This document shows positions 26,319 to 35,006 of a stretch of DNA of 64,000 bases, in pieces. Source of the DNA: a virus (lineage: Duplodnaviria; Heunggongvirae; Uroviricota; Caudoviricetes); IMG/VR virus record IMGVR_UViG_3300042880_000509; one strand, given 5' to 3'. A program made the position numbers and the translations under genes. The notes beneath the pieces are model-generated. The model did no database searches. It had not been told where the DNA came from and saw nothing but the letters and a program-made list of their open reading frames with translations. Within the stretch, counting starts at the first letter, position 1. Each line of letters opens with the position of its first letter.

Positions 26319-27185
26319 CTATTGACATACCCAATTCCAAGTTGGGAAGTTTTTATTTCTTATCCTATCTCTTACACTACTGTCTGGCATATTAAAATAT
26401 TTTGCAGCTTCAACCGCAGAATTAAATAACAAACCATCAATCATACATTTTTTAGCTTGTGGTTTTGGTGGTTCTATCAATGCGTATTTTTCTTTTCTTT
26501 TTTCATTCGCTAATTTTGATATTTCTTTACCACCAATTCTACCTTTTTTCCATCCCTCTTCAATAATTCTTGGATCATCAGGTAATGTCCTTAAATGTTC
26601 TCCTTTATCATTATAAAACCACAACTTATTTTTGTGTGCGATTGACATTTTTTCTTTTGTTTTGTCAGTGTGTCTGTGATCAGAACTTTTTTTTCTTAAT
26701 ATTTTTAGTGTCTCATCTGTATGTTTTTTTCCGTAGAATGAATTTTTTTCACCGCCATATTTACCAATTCTTGATAAACTAATTTTGTTTCTTTGTTCTT
26801 CTGTAAGTTTTTTACCAAAATTTGGATTATTAGTCCCTCTTATACTTTTAGAATAATCTTCCTTTATTAAATCATATAACCTTGAATTTATTTTATGTCT
26901 TTCTTGGTATTCTCTCTTAACATTACACATATTCCATAATGCAAATCTTAATTTTGTGTTTTTAGGGTAAATTTCACATAAAAGTAAATGACAGATGAAA
27001 TGTTCTCTAGCGGTTAAAACAACTAAATTCCAAACATCATTTGACCCCCCAAGACATTTTGGTATGATGTGATGTGTTTCTGTGTATCCAGTGATAGTTC
27101 TATTTTTACCTCTTTCAACAATACTATTATAAATTTTCAAATAATCCATCGGTTTCCGTATATTATATAAATATATGGAAACCAA
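26319..27185 (-). CDS. Freestanding HNH homing endonuclease with NUMOD-like DNA-binding repeats
   Basis: HNH motif ETHHIIPKCLGGSNDVWNLVVLTAREHFICH. Repeated GKK(L/H)T(E/D)E..-K(I/M)S modules (NPNFGKKLTEEQRNKISLS, NSFYGKKHTDETLKILRKK). Likely start at the internal MDYLKIYNS. Confidence 0.8.
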   Translation of the reverse strand: MVSIYLYNIRKPMDYLKIYNSIVERGKNRTITGYTETHHIIPKCLGGSNDVWNLVVLTAREHFICHLLLCEIYPKNTKLRFALWNMCNVKREYQERHKINSRLYDLIKEDYSKSIRGTNNPNFGKKLTEEQRNKISLSRIGKYGGEKNSFYGKKHTDETLKILRKKSSDHRHTDKTKEKMSIAHKNKLWFYNDKGEHLRTLPDDPRIIEEGWKKGRIGGKEISKLANEKRKEKYALIEPPKPQAKKCMIDGLLFNSAVEAAKYFNMPDSSVRDRIRNKNFPTWNWVCQ

Positions 27186-27193
27186 CGAAAAAC

Positions 27194-28024
27194 CTAAATT
27201 GCCAACTCTAATTTTGAATTTATTTTAGTTATACCGTCAATACCGGTAATCTCAAAATCATCAATTGTATAGTCGTAGAAGTTTTTATTTTCCTTTAAAA
27301 TTAACTTTGGTTGTGTGTCTAATGGTTCCTTGTTTAATAGTTCTGAAACACCATCAAAATGTCTATCATATATATGAAGGTTTTGGACTAAATGACAGAA
27401 CTTACCAACTTTATAACCACAATGTCCCGCAACCATCATTTGTAAAGCCAAATATTGCACTTTATTAATATAACCCGCAACCAAATAATCGTTTGATCTT
27501 TGGACCAACGTCATATCCAAAACCTTATCTTTATCAACTTTTCTAACCGAACAGAGTATTTCATAAGCACAAGGAAATAAACCATTTGTTTCTTCTAAAT
27601 CAACATATTGATACATACTAATAATATGCCTTCTACCAAATGGATCATTAACTAATCCATCAAGTAGTTTATTCATCAAATCATATCTTTTGATTGTTGC
27701 ACCATATCTCTGACCAATACTATTATCTCCAATATTCCATTCTTCCCACCAGTTAATACCCATCTCACGAGCAACATCAAGTGATGAAGTTTGTTTTTGG
27801 TATATCCAAAGTATTTCTTTAATTCCGGTTTTAATTGCAGTATTCCTTAATGTTGTAATTGGAAACTCACCTTTTAAAATATCATATTCTTCAAATACCT
27901 GTGTGATAAACTTTGAGTGTGATGGTGTCCCATCCTCGTATTTTGGTCTTGGGTTTTCATCCCAAGAACCTTCTGACATAATCTTTGATAAGTTCTGAAT
28001 ATAATATTTGTCGGCTTTACTCAT
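27194..28024 (-). CDS. thyA: Thymidylate synthase (ThyA; long T4-td-like form)
   Basis: FPITTLRNTAIKTGIKEILWIYQ. RRHIISMYQ...FPCAYE (catalytic Cys). QRSNDYLVAGYINKVQYLALQMMVAGHCGYKVGKFCHLVQNLHIYDRH matches the ThyA C-terminal block. Confidence 0.9.
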   Translation of the reverse strand: MSKADKYYIQNLSKIMSEGSWDENPRPKYEDGTPSHSKFITQVFEEYDILKGEFPITTLRNTAIKTGIKEILWIYQKQTSSLDVAREMGINWWEEWNIGDNSIGQRYGATIKRYDLMNKLLDGLVNDPFGRRHIISMYQYVDLEETNGLFPCAYEILCSVRKVDKDKVLDMTLVQRSNDYLVAGYINKVQYLALQMMVAGHCGYKVGKFCHLVQNLHIYDRHFDGVSELLNKEPLDTQPKLILKENKNFYDYTIDDFEITGIDGITKINSKLELAI

Positions 28025-28586
28025 AACTTTCTATTGTTTTATCGTTGTATGTCACTGTGATTAGTTTGGTTGGAATATTATAAGGTGTGTTATCTACATT
28101 AGTAGGAACCATCATATTAGCTAAAAGACCGTATTTTTCTTTCCATATTGGGAGGGCTATTTTATACCTTTCTTCCAAACTCAACTCTCGTTCTTCAATT
28201 TTTAATCCCCACTTTTCAGAGAACTCTTTATTGGTTTTACATTTATCGATGAACTCTTCTTTCGATAAAAGTTTTATTAGATCCACTTTAAGACGTTTTC
28301 GTTGACTTCTCAATCTATTAACTTCTTCTTTCTGTAATTCTCTTTGTCTTATAATTTCCTTTTTATAGTTCTCATAAGCCTCATTCAATAAATCTGGTTG
28401 TTCCTCATTATAATGTTCCAATTGATTTTCGTTGAAGATATGTAATAATCCGTATTCATCCATTTCACCAATCACCCGGATGTCGCCATTAATTGTTTCA
28501 AATACACCTACAATTGTACAAGGAAATTTATAACCTTTTGGTTTGTGAGCCTTGTCTCCCACTTTAAATTTTGTTTCTTTATTCAT
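28017..28586 (-). CDS. Hypothetical protein (189 aa) with central coiled-coil
   Basis: ORF. 8-nt overlap with thyA. Confidence 0.5.
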   Translation of the reverse strand: MNKETKFKVGDKAHKPKGYKFPCTIVGVFETINGDIRVIGEMDEYGLLHIFNENQLEHYNEEQPDLLNEAYENYKKEIIRQRELQKEEVNRLRSQRKRLKVDLIKLLSKEEFIDKCKTNKEFSEKWGLKIEERELSLEERYKIALPIWKEKYGLLANMMVPTNVDNTPYNIPTKLITVTYNDKTIESYE

Positions 28587-28594
28587 CTTTTATT

Positions 28595-28822
28595 TTATTT
28601 GTATATTGATGGTCTTGAATTAAGTCTTTGACTCAATAATGTTTCCTTGAAGCACTTAACAAATTCTTCTTTTATGTCTTCAACAACATTATCATTACCC
28701 CACACCATTACATCTTTTTTAACCCTATCTTTCCAGTGATAATTTGTTGGGTAGTTATATAAAAGGAAGTTCTCCATTTCTTCCATAGTAAATGAAAGTT
28801 CTATTTTAATTTGTTCACTCAT
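28595..28822 (-). CDS. Hypothetical protein (75 aa)
   Basis: ORF. Confidence 0.4.
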   Translation of the reverse strand: MSEQIKIELSFTMEEMENFLLYNYPTNYHWKDRVKKDVMVWGNDNVVEDIKEEFVKCFKETLLSQRLNSRPSIYK

Positions 28823-29306
28823 AATCTTTATAATAGTATTTGTCTAATAATTCTCTACATTTTTTTGTAACATATTCCAATGTCCAATTTTGTTTAAAAC
28901 CATCTTTAAATCCTTCTTCACCTTTTGAAATCCATTCAATTGCAAATGCGAAGTTTTCAAAATCTTTTTCCATTTGGCTAAGGTAAGAATTTGTTTCAAG
29001 TAATTCTGTAATATCATAACCATTCTTATGTAACCATAAAACCACTTTGGAATTATCAAAATGTAATATGCAATTGTCCTGACCATCGTGAAACTCAATG
29101 CCTATAATTGAACGGCCACCAAATGTTATTTGTTGTTTACCATTTTCAGTAATCACCGGTTCAAATGATAGTTTCTTAAACCAATAATATTTCTCATTTG
29201 GATAGACAAATTTTAAAATATCTTTTGCTTCGTCTTCTGTTAGTTCTTTAATGTTTTTCATATTTATTTCATTAAAATTCGTGTTTTCCTGGTTTAATTT
29301 TTCCAT
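28815..29306 (-). CDS. Hypothetical protein (163 aa)
   Basis: ORF. Confidence 0.5.
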   Translation of the reverse strand: MEKLNQENTNFNEINMKNIKELTEDEAKDILKFVYPNEKYYWFKKLSFEPVITENGKQQITFGGRSIIGIEFHDGQDNCILHFDNSKVVLWLHKNGYDITELLETNSYLSQMEKDFENFAFAIEWISKGEEGFKDGFKQNWTLEYVTKKCRELLDKYYYKDYE

Positions 29307-29559
29307 CCAGAATATCTTTCATAACTTTTGGTTGGTAATCTTCAAGTAATTGTTTTTGCGTTACTTCCCACCCAATTGGTGGTAATGAATAATCTTCAAA
29401 ATATGTATACCTGATCATTCCTTGAATGTTTTCACCACACTCTTTAACTTCTTCGGTTTCGTGGATTGTTGCCTCAAATTTACCTTCCCCAATATGTTTA
29501 ATTGTGTAACCCATCTTCATCTTTGCTTTGTTATTTAATACCAATTCCCTCTCCGTCAA
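29272..29559 (-). CDS. Hypothetical protein (95 aa; may start at the internal Met, 29523)
   Basis: ORF. Uncertainty over the start comes from a possible small overlapping gene at 29531..29710. Confidence 0.4.
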   Translation of the reverse strand: MTERELVLNNKAKMKMGYTIKHIGEGKFEATIHETEEVKECGENIQGMIRYTYFEDYSLPPIGWEVTQKQLLEDYQPKVMKDILDGKIKPGKHEF

Positions 29560-29710
29560 GGTATATTAACTTTACCGTTTCACCATCACCTATAATTGTT
29601 AAAGTGGGATATTCATCATCTGGAACAGGATGGGTGGGTTTTATTTCATAACGATATTCATAACAAAGTTTATCCACTTTATCAAGAAACTCTTTCATTT
29701 TATTTGTCAT
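29531..29710 (-). CDS. Possible small ORF (59 aa) in an otherwise unannotated 240-nt gap
   Basis: Manual translation gives MTNKMKEFLDKVDKLCYEYRYEIKPTHPVPDDEYPTLTIIGDGETVKLIYLDGEGIGIK. It falls below the track's 60-aa cutoff. Confidence 0.3.
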   Translation of the reverse strand: MTNKMKEFLDKVDKLCYEYRYEIKPTHPVPDDEYPTLTIIGDGETVKLIYLDGEGIGIK

Positions 29711-29800
29711 CTCTTAAATTTTGATTTGAATTTCATCCACACTATTTCAGGATAATTCCATAACCACCAAAAAAATATATAAAATTTTTTCATCAGTCAA

Positions 29801-30580
29801 TCATTTTATATGTTGTTTCTTTTTAAATTGTTCAAATGATTCTTCATTTATTGTAAAGCTCATTACACCAAGTGCTTTAGCAACAGATATTTCAATTGCA
29901 TTCTTTAGTTCTTCCTCACTATACATTCTTTCAGATTGGTATTTAGCACCTAACCTAACTCCATCATAAAAAGATAAATCTATATCATCTTGTAATCCCT
30001 TTTGGTAAGTTCTTTCAGCAGCTTCTTCAAGTGTTTCATCTTTACTAGTACCTGACTTCTCTCTCATCTCTTGTAAGTCCTTAGTAACTTTTTCCTTGTT
30101 TGTTAAAAGATATTCCCTAAGTGCTAATTTAGCATTTTCTAGTGTAGGATCTTGTTTAGGTTTTTCTTGTGGAATGATGATTTTTAGAAAAGAAGTAATT
30201 TCGGAAATATCACTTAAAACGCCACTATGATATTTTCTAATCTCTACAAACTCACAACTTGGATTCTTTACAAACCATTCTAAGAACTCATCATCAATAC
30301 TCTGAACACCCTCTTCAATTAACTCTTGGTCTGTTGTTAGAATAATTTTCTTACCATTATAATTAACACCTGATACTAAACAATATATATTACTATCCTC
30401 ACCTAAATAATATTCGTCAAATTTAATTTCTTCATCAGAAGTTATGTATAAATGATAATTCTTACAATGTCCTTTTGGTGTGTTAGTTAATCCATTAGTA
30501 TAAAGTTTAATGGATGAACTCCCACCAGGTTTAGTTAACCTACTTGGTTTTTCTGTTGGTAATACGTGTATGTTTTTCAT
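29801..30580 (-). CDS. Hypothetical protein, duplicated family (paralog of 25509..26204)
   Basis: MKNIHVLPTEKPSRL...KIILTTDQELIEEGVQSIDDEFLEWFVKNPSCEFVEI. The C-terminal half diverges from the paralog. Confidence 0.6.
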   Translation of the reverse strand: MKNIHVLPTEKPSRLTKPGGSSSIKLYTNGLTNTPKGHCKNYHLYITSDEEIKFDEYYLGEDSNIYCLVSGVNYNGKKIILTTDQELIEEGVQSIDDEFLEWFVKNPSCEFVEIRKYHSGVLSDISEITSFLKIIIPQEKPKQDPTLENAKLALREYLLTNKEKVTKDLQEMREKSGTSKDETLEEAAERTYQKGLQDDIDLSFYDGVRLGAKYQSERMYSEEELKNAIEISVAKALGVMSFTINEESFEQFKKKQHIK

Positions 30581-30644
30581 ATTTCTTATTTTTTAATTGT
30601 TAAGACAAAATTAGGAAAAATATTTGGTTTTAAAAAATTTTTTT

Positions 30645-30674
30645 GTTAAAATGGGTGTAAACCCCTATGAAAAT
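30645..30674 (-). repeat. 30-nt conserved intergenic element (copy 2)
   Basis: Identical to 26264..26293. Flanking bases are also similar over about 45 nt. Confidence 0.6.
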
Positions 30675-30686
30675 AAGGATAAACCC

Positions 30687-31013
30687 CTACTCCTTTTCTA
30701 TTTCTATTTCCGGTTTAACTTTAGTTGGTTTGTGTCCTCGTTTTTTTGAAACAAATTTTTCTTGGAACTTTTTATCTTTCTCAAAGATTTCAATAAATTC
30801 CTCCAATGTAAATTCTCTTACTTTATACTCATTTGGGTCGTCCATCAAATAATCATAATCTGGTTCTTCCAATGTTTTACAAAACTCAAGATATCTTTCA
30901 TAAGATTTTTTAAGTTTTTCATAATCTGTATCGTCTTCAATAACGATTTTTACTGGTTCAGGGAATAACATATTCATTCCAATTCCCAAATTTACTTCTA
31001 TTACTTTTTCCAT
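30687..31013 (-). CDS. Hypothetical acidic protein (108 aa)
   Basis: ORF. Confidence 0.45.
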   Translation of the reverse strand: MEKVIEVNLGIGMNMLFPEPVKIVIEDDTDYEKLKKSYERYLEFCKTLEEPDYDYLMDDPNEYKVREFTLEEFIEIFEKDKKFQEKFVSKKRGHKPTKVKPEIEIEKE

Positions 31014-31036
31014 ATTTAAATTATAATTTATTTATA

Positions 31037-32305
31037 TTATAAAAACAACTTTTTTGATTGTTTTTCTCTGTGAAATTTAATCGCAAAACGGTGAACTTCT
31101 TCCTGGATTTTACCAAACAAAGTAAAGTTTATATCATCTTTTATGTTAAACTCGGATCCATCAATTTTATGTATGATTGATGATTTGTGATTTGAATCTT
31201 TTGAAATTGAAATAAGGTCAACTTGGTCTAAAATTCCAAGATTTTCAAATACTTTTCTGGCAACACCTAATTGACCTTTACCACCATCAATGATTACAAG
31301 ATCCGGAAGTTTTTGTTTTTCATCAAGTAATCTTTTGAATCTACGGTTTAATACCTCATCAAATGATTGGTAGTCATCAACACCGGTAAAACTTCTAATG
31401 ATATATTTACGGTACTCTGATTTATCCGGAGTTTCATTTTTAAATCTAACTGATGCTGCAACATTTGAATCGCCCTGGTTGTGTGAGTTATCAAATGCTT
31501 CAATTGATACTGGAATGTTTTTAAGACCCAGAACATTTTTAATATCAAAAGCTTTTTTGTTATATTTCTGTAATCTTATAACATTCAACTTACTATCAAT
31601 ACTTTCCAAACTTGTAAGTTTTGATAATAAGTCTTGTGCTTTTTCAAACTCCAGATTGTCAGAGTAATACTTCATAGACTTCTTCAACTTTGTTTTAAGA
31701 CTGGAAATATCAAGTGATAGAACTTTTTTCACATCACGAATAATCTCATTGTAATAAAACTTTTTGATGTTATTCACGCAAGGAGCATTACATCTTCCCA
31801 AGTGAAATTCCAAACAGGTCTTGAACTTTTCTTTTGTGATATTTTCTTCCGTTAAATCATAAGAACAACTACGAAGTTCAAAGACATCGTGAATAAGATT
31901 ATAGATCTCACGACATAACATTCCGGAAGTAAAATCCAAACTTACTCTGTCGTCTTGTTTGTCTCTTACAATCTCTAGTTTTGGAAATTCTTCTTCTGTA
32001 AAGCACAAAGACCATTTTCTGGTCTTATCATCTTTTCCTTTGATGTTGAACTTTGGTTTGTATAACTTGATTAGTTCTTCTTCTAGGATAATTGCTTCTT
32101 GTTCTGATGATGTAATCTTGAACTCAACATCAACAATGTTTTCAACAAGGGTTTTTGTTTTGCCTGTATGATTTTTTTGAAAATAAGATGAAACCCTTTT
32201 TGGTAAAAACTTGGACATACCAACATAGATGATTTGTTCTTTGTCGTTTTTGAACAAATAACAACCTGCATTTTTTGGTATGTCTTTAAGTTTTTCTAAT
32301 ATCAT
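31037..32305 (-). CDS. UvrC-like nuclease (GIY-YIG domain plus UvrC RNase-H-like endonuclease domain), lacking the C-terminal HhH region
   Basis: GIY-YIG motif GCYLFKN...IIYVGMSKFLPKRVSSYF. UvrC-homology region LIKLYKPKFN. Cys-rich motif RSCSY...GRCNAPCV. C-terminal IEAFDNSH...YRKY...DDYQSFDEV...PDLVIIDGGKGQL. Only 422 aa compared with about 610 for bacterial UvrC. Confidence 0.8.
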   Translation of the reverse strand: MILEKLKDIPKNAGCYLFKNDKEQIIYVGMSKFLPKRVSSYFQKNHTGKTKTLVENIVDVEFKITSSEQEAIILEEELIKLYKPKFNIKGKDDKTRKWSLCFTEEEFPKLEIVRDKQDDRVSLDFTSGMLCREIYNLIHDVFELRSCSYDLTEENITKEKFKTCLEFHLGRCNAPCVNNIKKFYYNEIIRDVKKVLSLDISSLKTKLKKSMKYYSDNLEFEKAQDLLSKLTSLESIDSKLNVIRLQKYNKKAFDIKNVLGLKNIPVSIEAFDNSHNQGDSNVAASVRFKNETPDKSEYRKYIIRSFTGVDDYQSFDEVLNRRFKRLLDEKQKLPDLVIIDGGKGQLGVARKVFENLGILDQVDLISISKDSNHKSSIIHKIDGSEFNIKDDINFTLFGKIQEEVHRFAIKFHREKQSKKLFL

Positions 32306-32317
32306 TTAACAAAGATA

Positions 32318-32548
32318 CTAAAAAATATCTTCCAAAGTGTCTGTATCACAAAATATTGTTCCACAATTTTTACAGGCCATAATTTCAAATGGTTTGACTT
32401 TGTATGTATCAGTTCTTCTCATTGTTTCAAATACTACTTTACCTGTGTATTGACAATTTGGACATTCAATAGTTTCTGTTCTTGAGATTTCTTCAGATTG
32501 TTCTTCATTTAAGTTTTCTTGTTCTTCTGGTGTGTTTAATTCTTCCAT
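32318..32548 (-). CDS. Zinc-ribbon protein (76 aa)
   Basis: CPNC...(27 aa)...CKNC. Confidence 0.5.
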   Translation of the reverse strand: MEELNTPEEQENLNEEQSEEISRTETIECPNCQYTGKVVFETMRRTDTYKVKPFEIMACKNCGTIFCDTDTLEDIF

Positions 32549-32570
32549 TTTTTATTTTTATTTTAGTTTA

Positions 32571-32777
32571 TTAAAACATTAAACCGACTAGTAAACCAAT
32601 ACCAAATCCGGCTAACATTAAAAGACCTGCTAGAGCTATAATATATTTTTTGAGTTTACCAAACTGAAAAATGTCAGTTGGTTTCGGAACTAGGTTTTTA
32701 TAAGCGTTTGGTTGTAGATTATTCATCATCTCATTGAGATTCTTCATCATGTTTGGGTCAAACATATTTTTATTCAT
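32571..32777 (-). CDS. Small membrane protein (68 aa)
   Basis: C-terminal helix IIALAGLLMLAGFGIGLLVGLMF. Confidence 0.45.
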   Translation of the reverse strand: MNKNMFDPNMMKNLNEMMNNLQPNAYKNLVPKPTDIFQFGKLKKYIIALAGLLMLAGFGIGLLVGLMF

Positions 32778-32778
32778 A

Positions 32779-33006
32779 TCAATTATTTATTACAATGTTA
32801 TTTTGTATTAGATCTCTTCTTTTAAAATCTATTTTGGTTTTTAAGTCAACAATAAACGGTAAAGATAACATACCATCATAATCTTCTTTTTTCATTTGAT
32901 TTTTAAAATTTTCAATCAACTTTTCACAAGTTACCAATTGATCCCATGTGTTGGAAGATTTAATAATATTTTCAATCCACTTTTTAATTTGATATTTTTC
33001 TGTCAT
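32779..33006 (-). CDS. Small protein, paralog of 33313..33540
   Basis: KKWIENIIKSSNTWDQLVTCEKLIENFKNQ aligns with NWIEKIIDSCETIEQTFTAKRLIRNFRKQ. Confidence 0.45.
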   Translation of the reverse strand: MTEKYQIKKWIENIIKSSNTWDQLVTCEKLIENFKNQMKKEDYDGMLSLPFIVDLKTKIDFKRRDLIQNNIVINN

Positions 33007-33310
33007 TTTTTATTATTTTATAATTGTTCAACTTTAACCATTCTAAAAAATCAAGCGCTGTCCATTTATCTGGATCCAGTTCACCTAATGGTCCGTCTCC
33101 GAACTGATCAATAAATCCTTGTAAATAATCTTGTTCAATTTCAAACCCACCTTCTTCACTTTTAATTATTTTAGTTCTAACCATTTCAATAGCACAAGGT
33201 TCACACTGAACGGACCTTTTATCTCCGTGAAATTGTTCTTTACAGGTTACGCATTTACACATATAGTCACCAGGCGCAAAACCACCGATTGGGTATTTTA
33301 TTTCTTCCAT
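32984..33310 (-). CDS. Cys-rich (zinc-binding) protein (108 aa)
   Basis: CKCVTCKEQFHGDKRSVQCEPC. Confidence 0.5.
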   Translation of the reverse strand: MEEIKYPIGGFAPGDYMCKCVTCKEQFHGDKRSVQCEPCAIEMVRTKIIKSEEGGFEIEQDYLQGFIDQFGDGPLGELDPDKWTALDFLEWLKLNNYKIIKNDRKISN

Positions 33311-33312
33311 TA

Positions 33313-33540
33313 TTATTTTAATAATTCTCTTCTTTTATTTTCTATACTCTCTTCAAGTGGCCAAATTACATCATATTGATATGTATTCCAATATTTATCT
33401 GGAGTATTTTTCATCAATTGTTTTCTAAAGTTTCTAATTAATCTCTTAGCGGTAAATGTTTGTTCTATTGTTTCACAAGAATCAATTATCTTTTCAATCC
33501 AGTTTGATACGTCTCCGTAGTGTGTGCTTCTATTTTCCAT
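33313..33540 (-). CDS. Small protein, paralog of 32779..33006
   Basis: See 32779..33006. Confidence 0.45.
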   Translation of the reverse strand: MENRSTHYGDVSNWIEKIIDSCETIEQTFTAKRLIRNFRKQLMKNTPDKYWNTYQYDVIWPLEESIENKRRELLK

Positions 33541-33560
33541 AAGTCAAAGATACAAAACTT

Positions 33561-33600
33561 TTTTTAAAAAAACAAACCCCAACTTTTAGAATTGGGGTTA
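33561..33600 (-). terminator. Intrinsic terminator (AACCCCAA...TTGGGGTT plus T-run on the minus strand)
   Basis: 8-bp stem. Minus-strand downstream sequence is TTTGTTTTTTTAAAAAAAG. Confidence 0.65.
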
Positions 33601-33604
33601 AATA

Positions 33605-33856
33605 TTATTTCTCAATAGGTTTGACCATCTTTATATTGACGGTTGGTGTGTCCATCCATTGTCCGTTACACATTTTTATGGTACTCATTCCACTTTCATA
33701 TGATAATACCTGTGTTGCTTCAATTTGTGATCCGTCATTTAATATTACTAACTCATCACAAACTTTATCATTTTGGATTGAGATGTACACAAACCAACTA
33801 AATAATACAGATGTTAATATTATAAATAAAATTATAAAACTAAAATTTCTTATCAT
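33605..33856 (-). CDS. Small membrane protein (83 aa), co-transcribed with the SPFH protein
   Basis: N-terminal helix FSFIILFIILTSVLFSWFVYISI. 2-nt gap to the SPFH gene. Confidence 0.5.
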   Translation of the reverse strand: MIRNFSFIILFIILTSVLFSWFVYISIQNDKVCDELVILNDGSQIEATQVLSYESGMSTIKMCNGQWMDTPTVNIKMVKPIEK

Positions 33857-33857
33857 A

Positions 33858-34805
33858 TTATTTAATGTTTAAAAATGTTCCTGATCCACCCGCAACTGTT
33901 GTAGGAAGTTTTCCGTCCCAACTTTGTGCTTTCAAATATTCAACATAAAGAGGAGTTATTTCTTTTTGTTTTAATTTCATTGCCAAGGCCAAAGCTTGTG
34001 CGTCAATTATAACTTTTGCCGAATCACCACGGGCAATCGCGATTTTTTCTTGAGCTTCAGCTTCAGCAACTAACTTACGTTGTGTTGCAGCTTGTGCTTC
34101 CTGGACTGCTTTTGTTTTACCTTCAATTGCCTTTTGAAGAGACTCTGGCGGTGTGATATTAGTTCTTAACTGTGATACTTCAAACCATTTAGATAATCTT
34201 TTATTACACTCAGCAACAATTGCAGCTTCAAATTCTTCACGTTTATTAAAAATTGCATCTACCTCCCACTTATTGGCCACGTCATTCACTGAACTAACAA
34301 TCGCATTCATTAACCATCCTTGTTCAATTTGTTTTATATCCAATCTCAAGTTCTCAAACATATTCCCGATTGCTGTTGGTTTAAGTGAGTAGTTAAAACT
34401 TGGTTTAATTGTTGCTGCGAACCCACCTTTTGTAATTACAGTTTGATCCTTGTATTCAATATGTTGTTGGAATGTTGGAAACTCTAACATCTGTTCAGTC
34501 CAGGTATTATACATTACCCAACCAGTTTTATATTCATAACTTGATACACCTCGTTTGTCTCCAGTCAAATTAACTTTGATTCCAACGTGTCCTGCATCAA
34601 CTCTTTCAAGTGCGAATGGTTGAATACTAGAAATTACAATGCCTAACACAAAGATACCAATTGGTTTGAGTATCCACATTGTGTTAAACATTTGTTTACT
34701 ATCGCCCCATCTGTCTGTTCCTGTTACATACATTCGGTCTCTTGTTGTAAATACCACAAACCCGGCAATTACCAATCCTAAAATAAAAATTAAAGTACTA
34801 ATCAT
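33858..34805 (-). CDS. SPFH/Band-7 (HflK/C-prohibitin-like) membrane protein
   Basis: N-terminal TM helix, then ERVDAGHVGIKVN... and a long Ala/Gln/Glu-rich coiled region (KAVQEAQAATQRKLVAEAEAQEKIAIARGDSAKVIIDAQA) typical of the PHB domain and its C-terminal helix. Confidence 0.75.
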   Translation of the reverse strand: MISTLIFILGLVIAGFVVFTTRDRMYVTGTDRWGDSKQMFNTMWILKPIGIFVLGIVISSIQPFALERVDAGHVGIKVNLTGDKRGVSSYEYKTGWVMYNTWTEQMLEFPTFQQHIEYKDQTVITKGGFAATIKPSFNYSLKPTAIGNMFENLRLDIKQIEQGWLMNAIVSSVNDVANKWEVDAIFNKREEFEAAIVAECNKRLSKWFEVSQLRTNITPPESLQKAIEGKTKAVQEAQAATQRKLVAEAEAQEKIAIARGDSAKVIIDAQALALAMKLKQKEITPLYVEYLKAQSWDGKLPTTVAGGSGTFLNIK

Positions 34806-35004
34806 TTTTTTCTTCTTTTTTGTTAAATAATTTTATTGTTTCGTTTATTACATACATAAGGACCCCAACCAACCCAACGAAACTTAACAGTTGGAGGAAC
34901 CCGTTTACTTCTCTGCTGACGATGTATTCGCCAAACATTGTTCCGATTGCGATGAAGCCTAACCACATCAAAAAAACTTTAAAAAACTTCATTTTATTTT
35001 CCAT
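34798..35004 (-). CDS. Small membrane protein (68 aa)
   Basis: Two hydrophobic helices (FKVFLMWLGFIAIGTMFG, LLSFVGLVGVLMYVI). Confidence 0.45.
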   Translation of the reverse strand: MENKMKFFKVFLMWLGFIAIGTMFGEYIVSREVNGFLQLLSFVGLVGVLMYVINETIKLFNKKEEKND

Positions 35005-35006
35005 AT

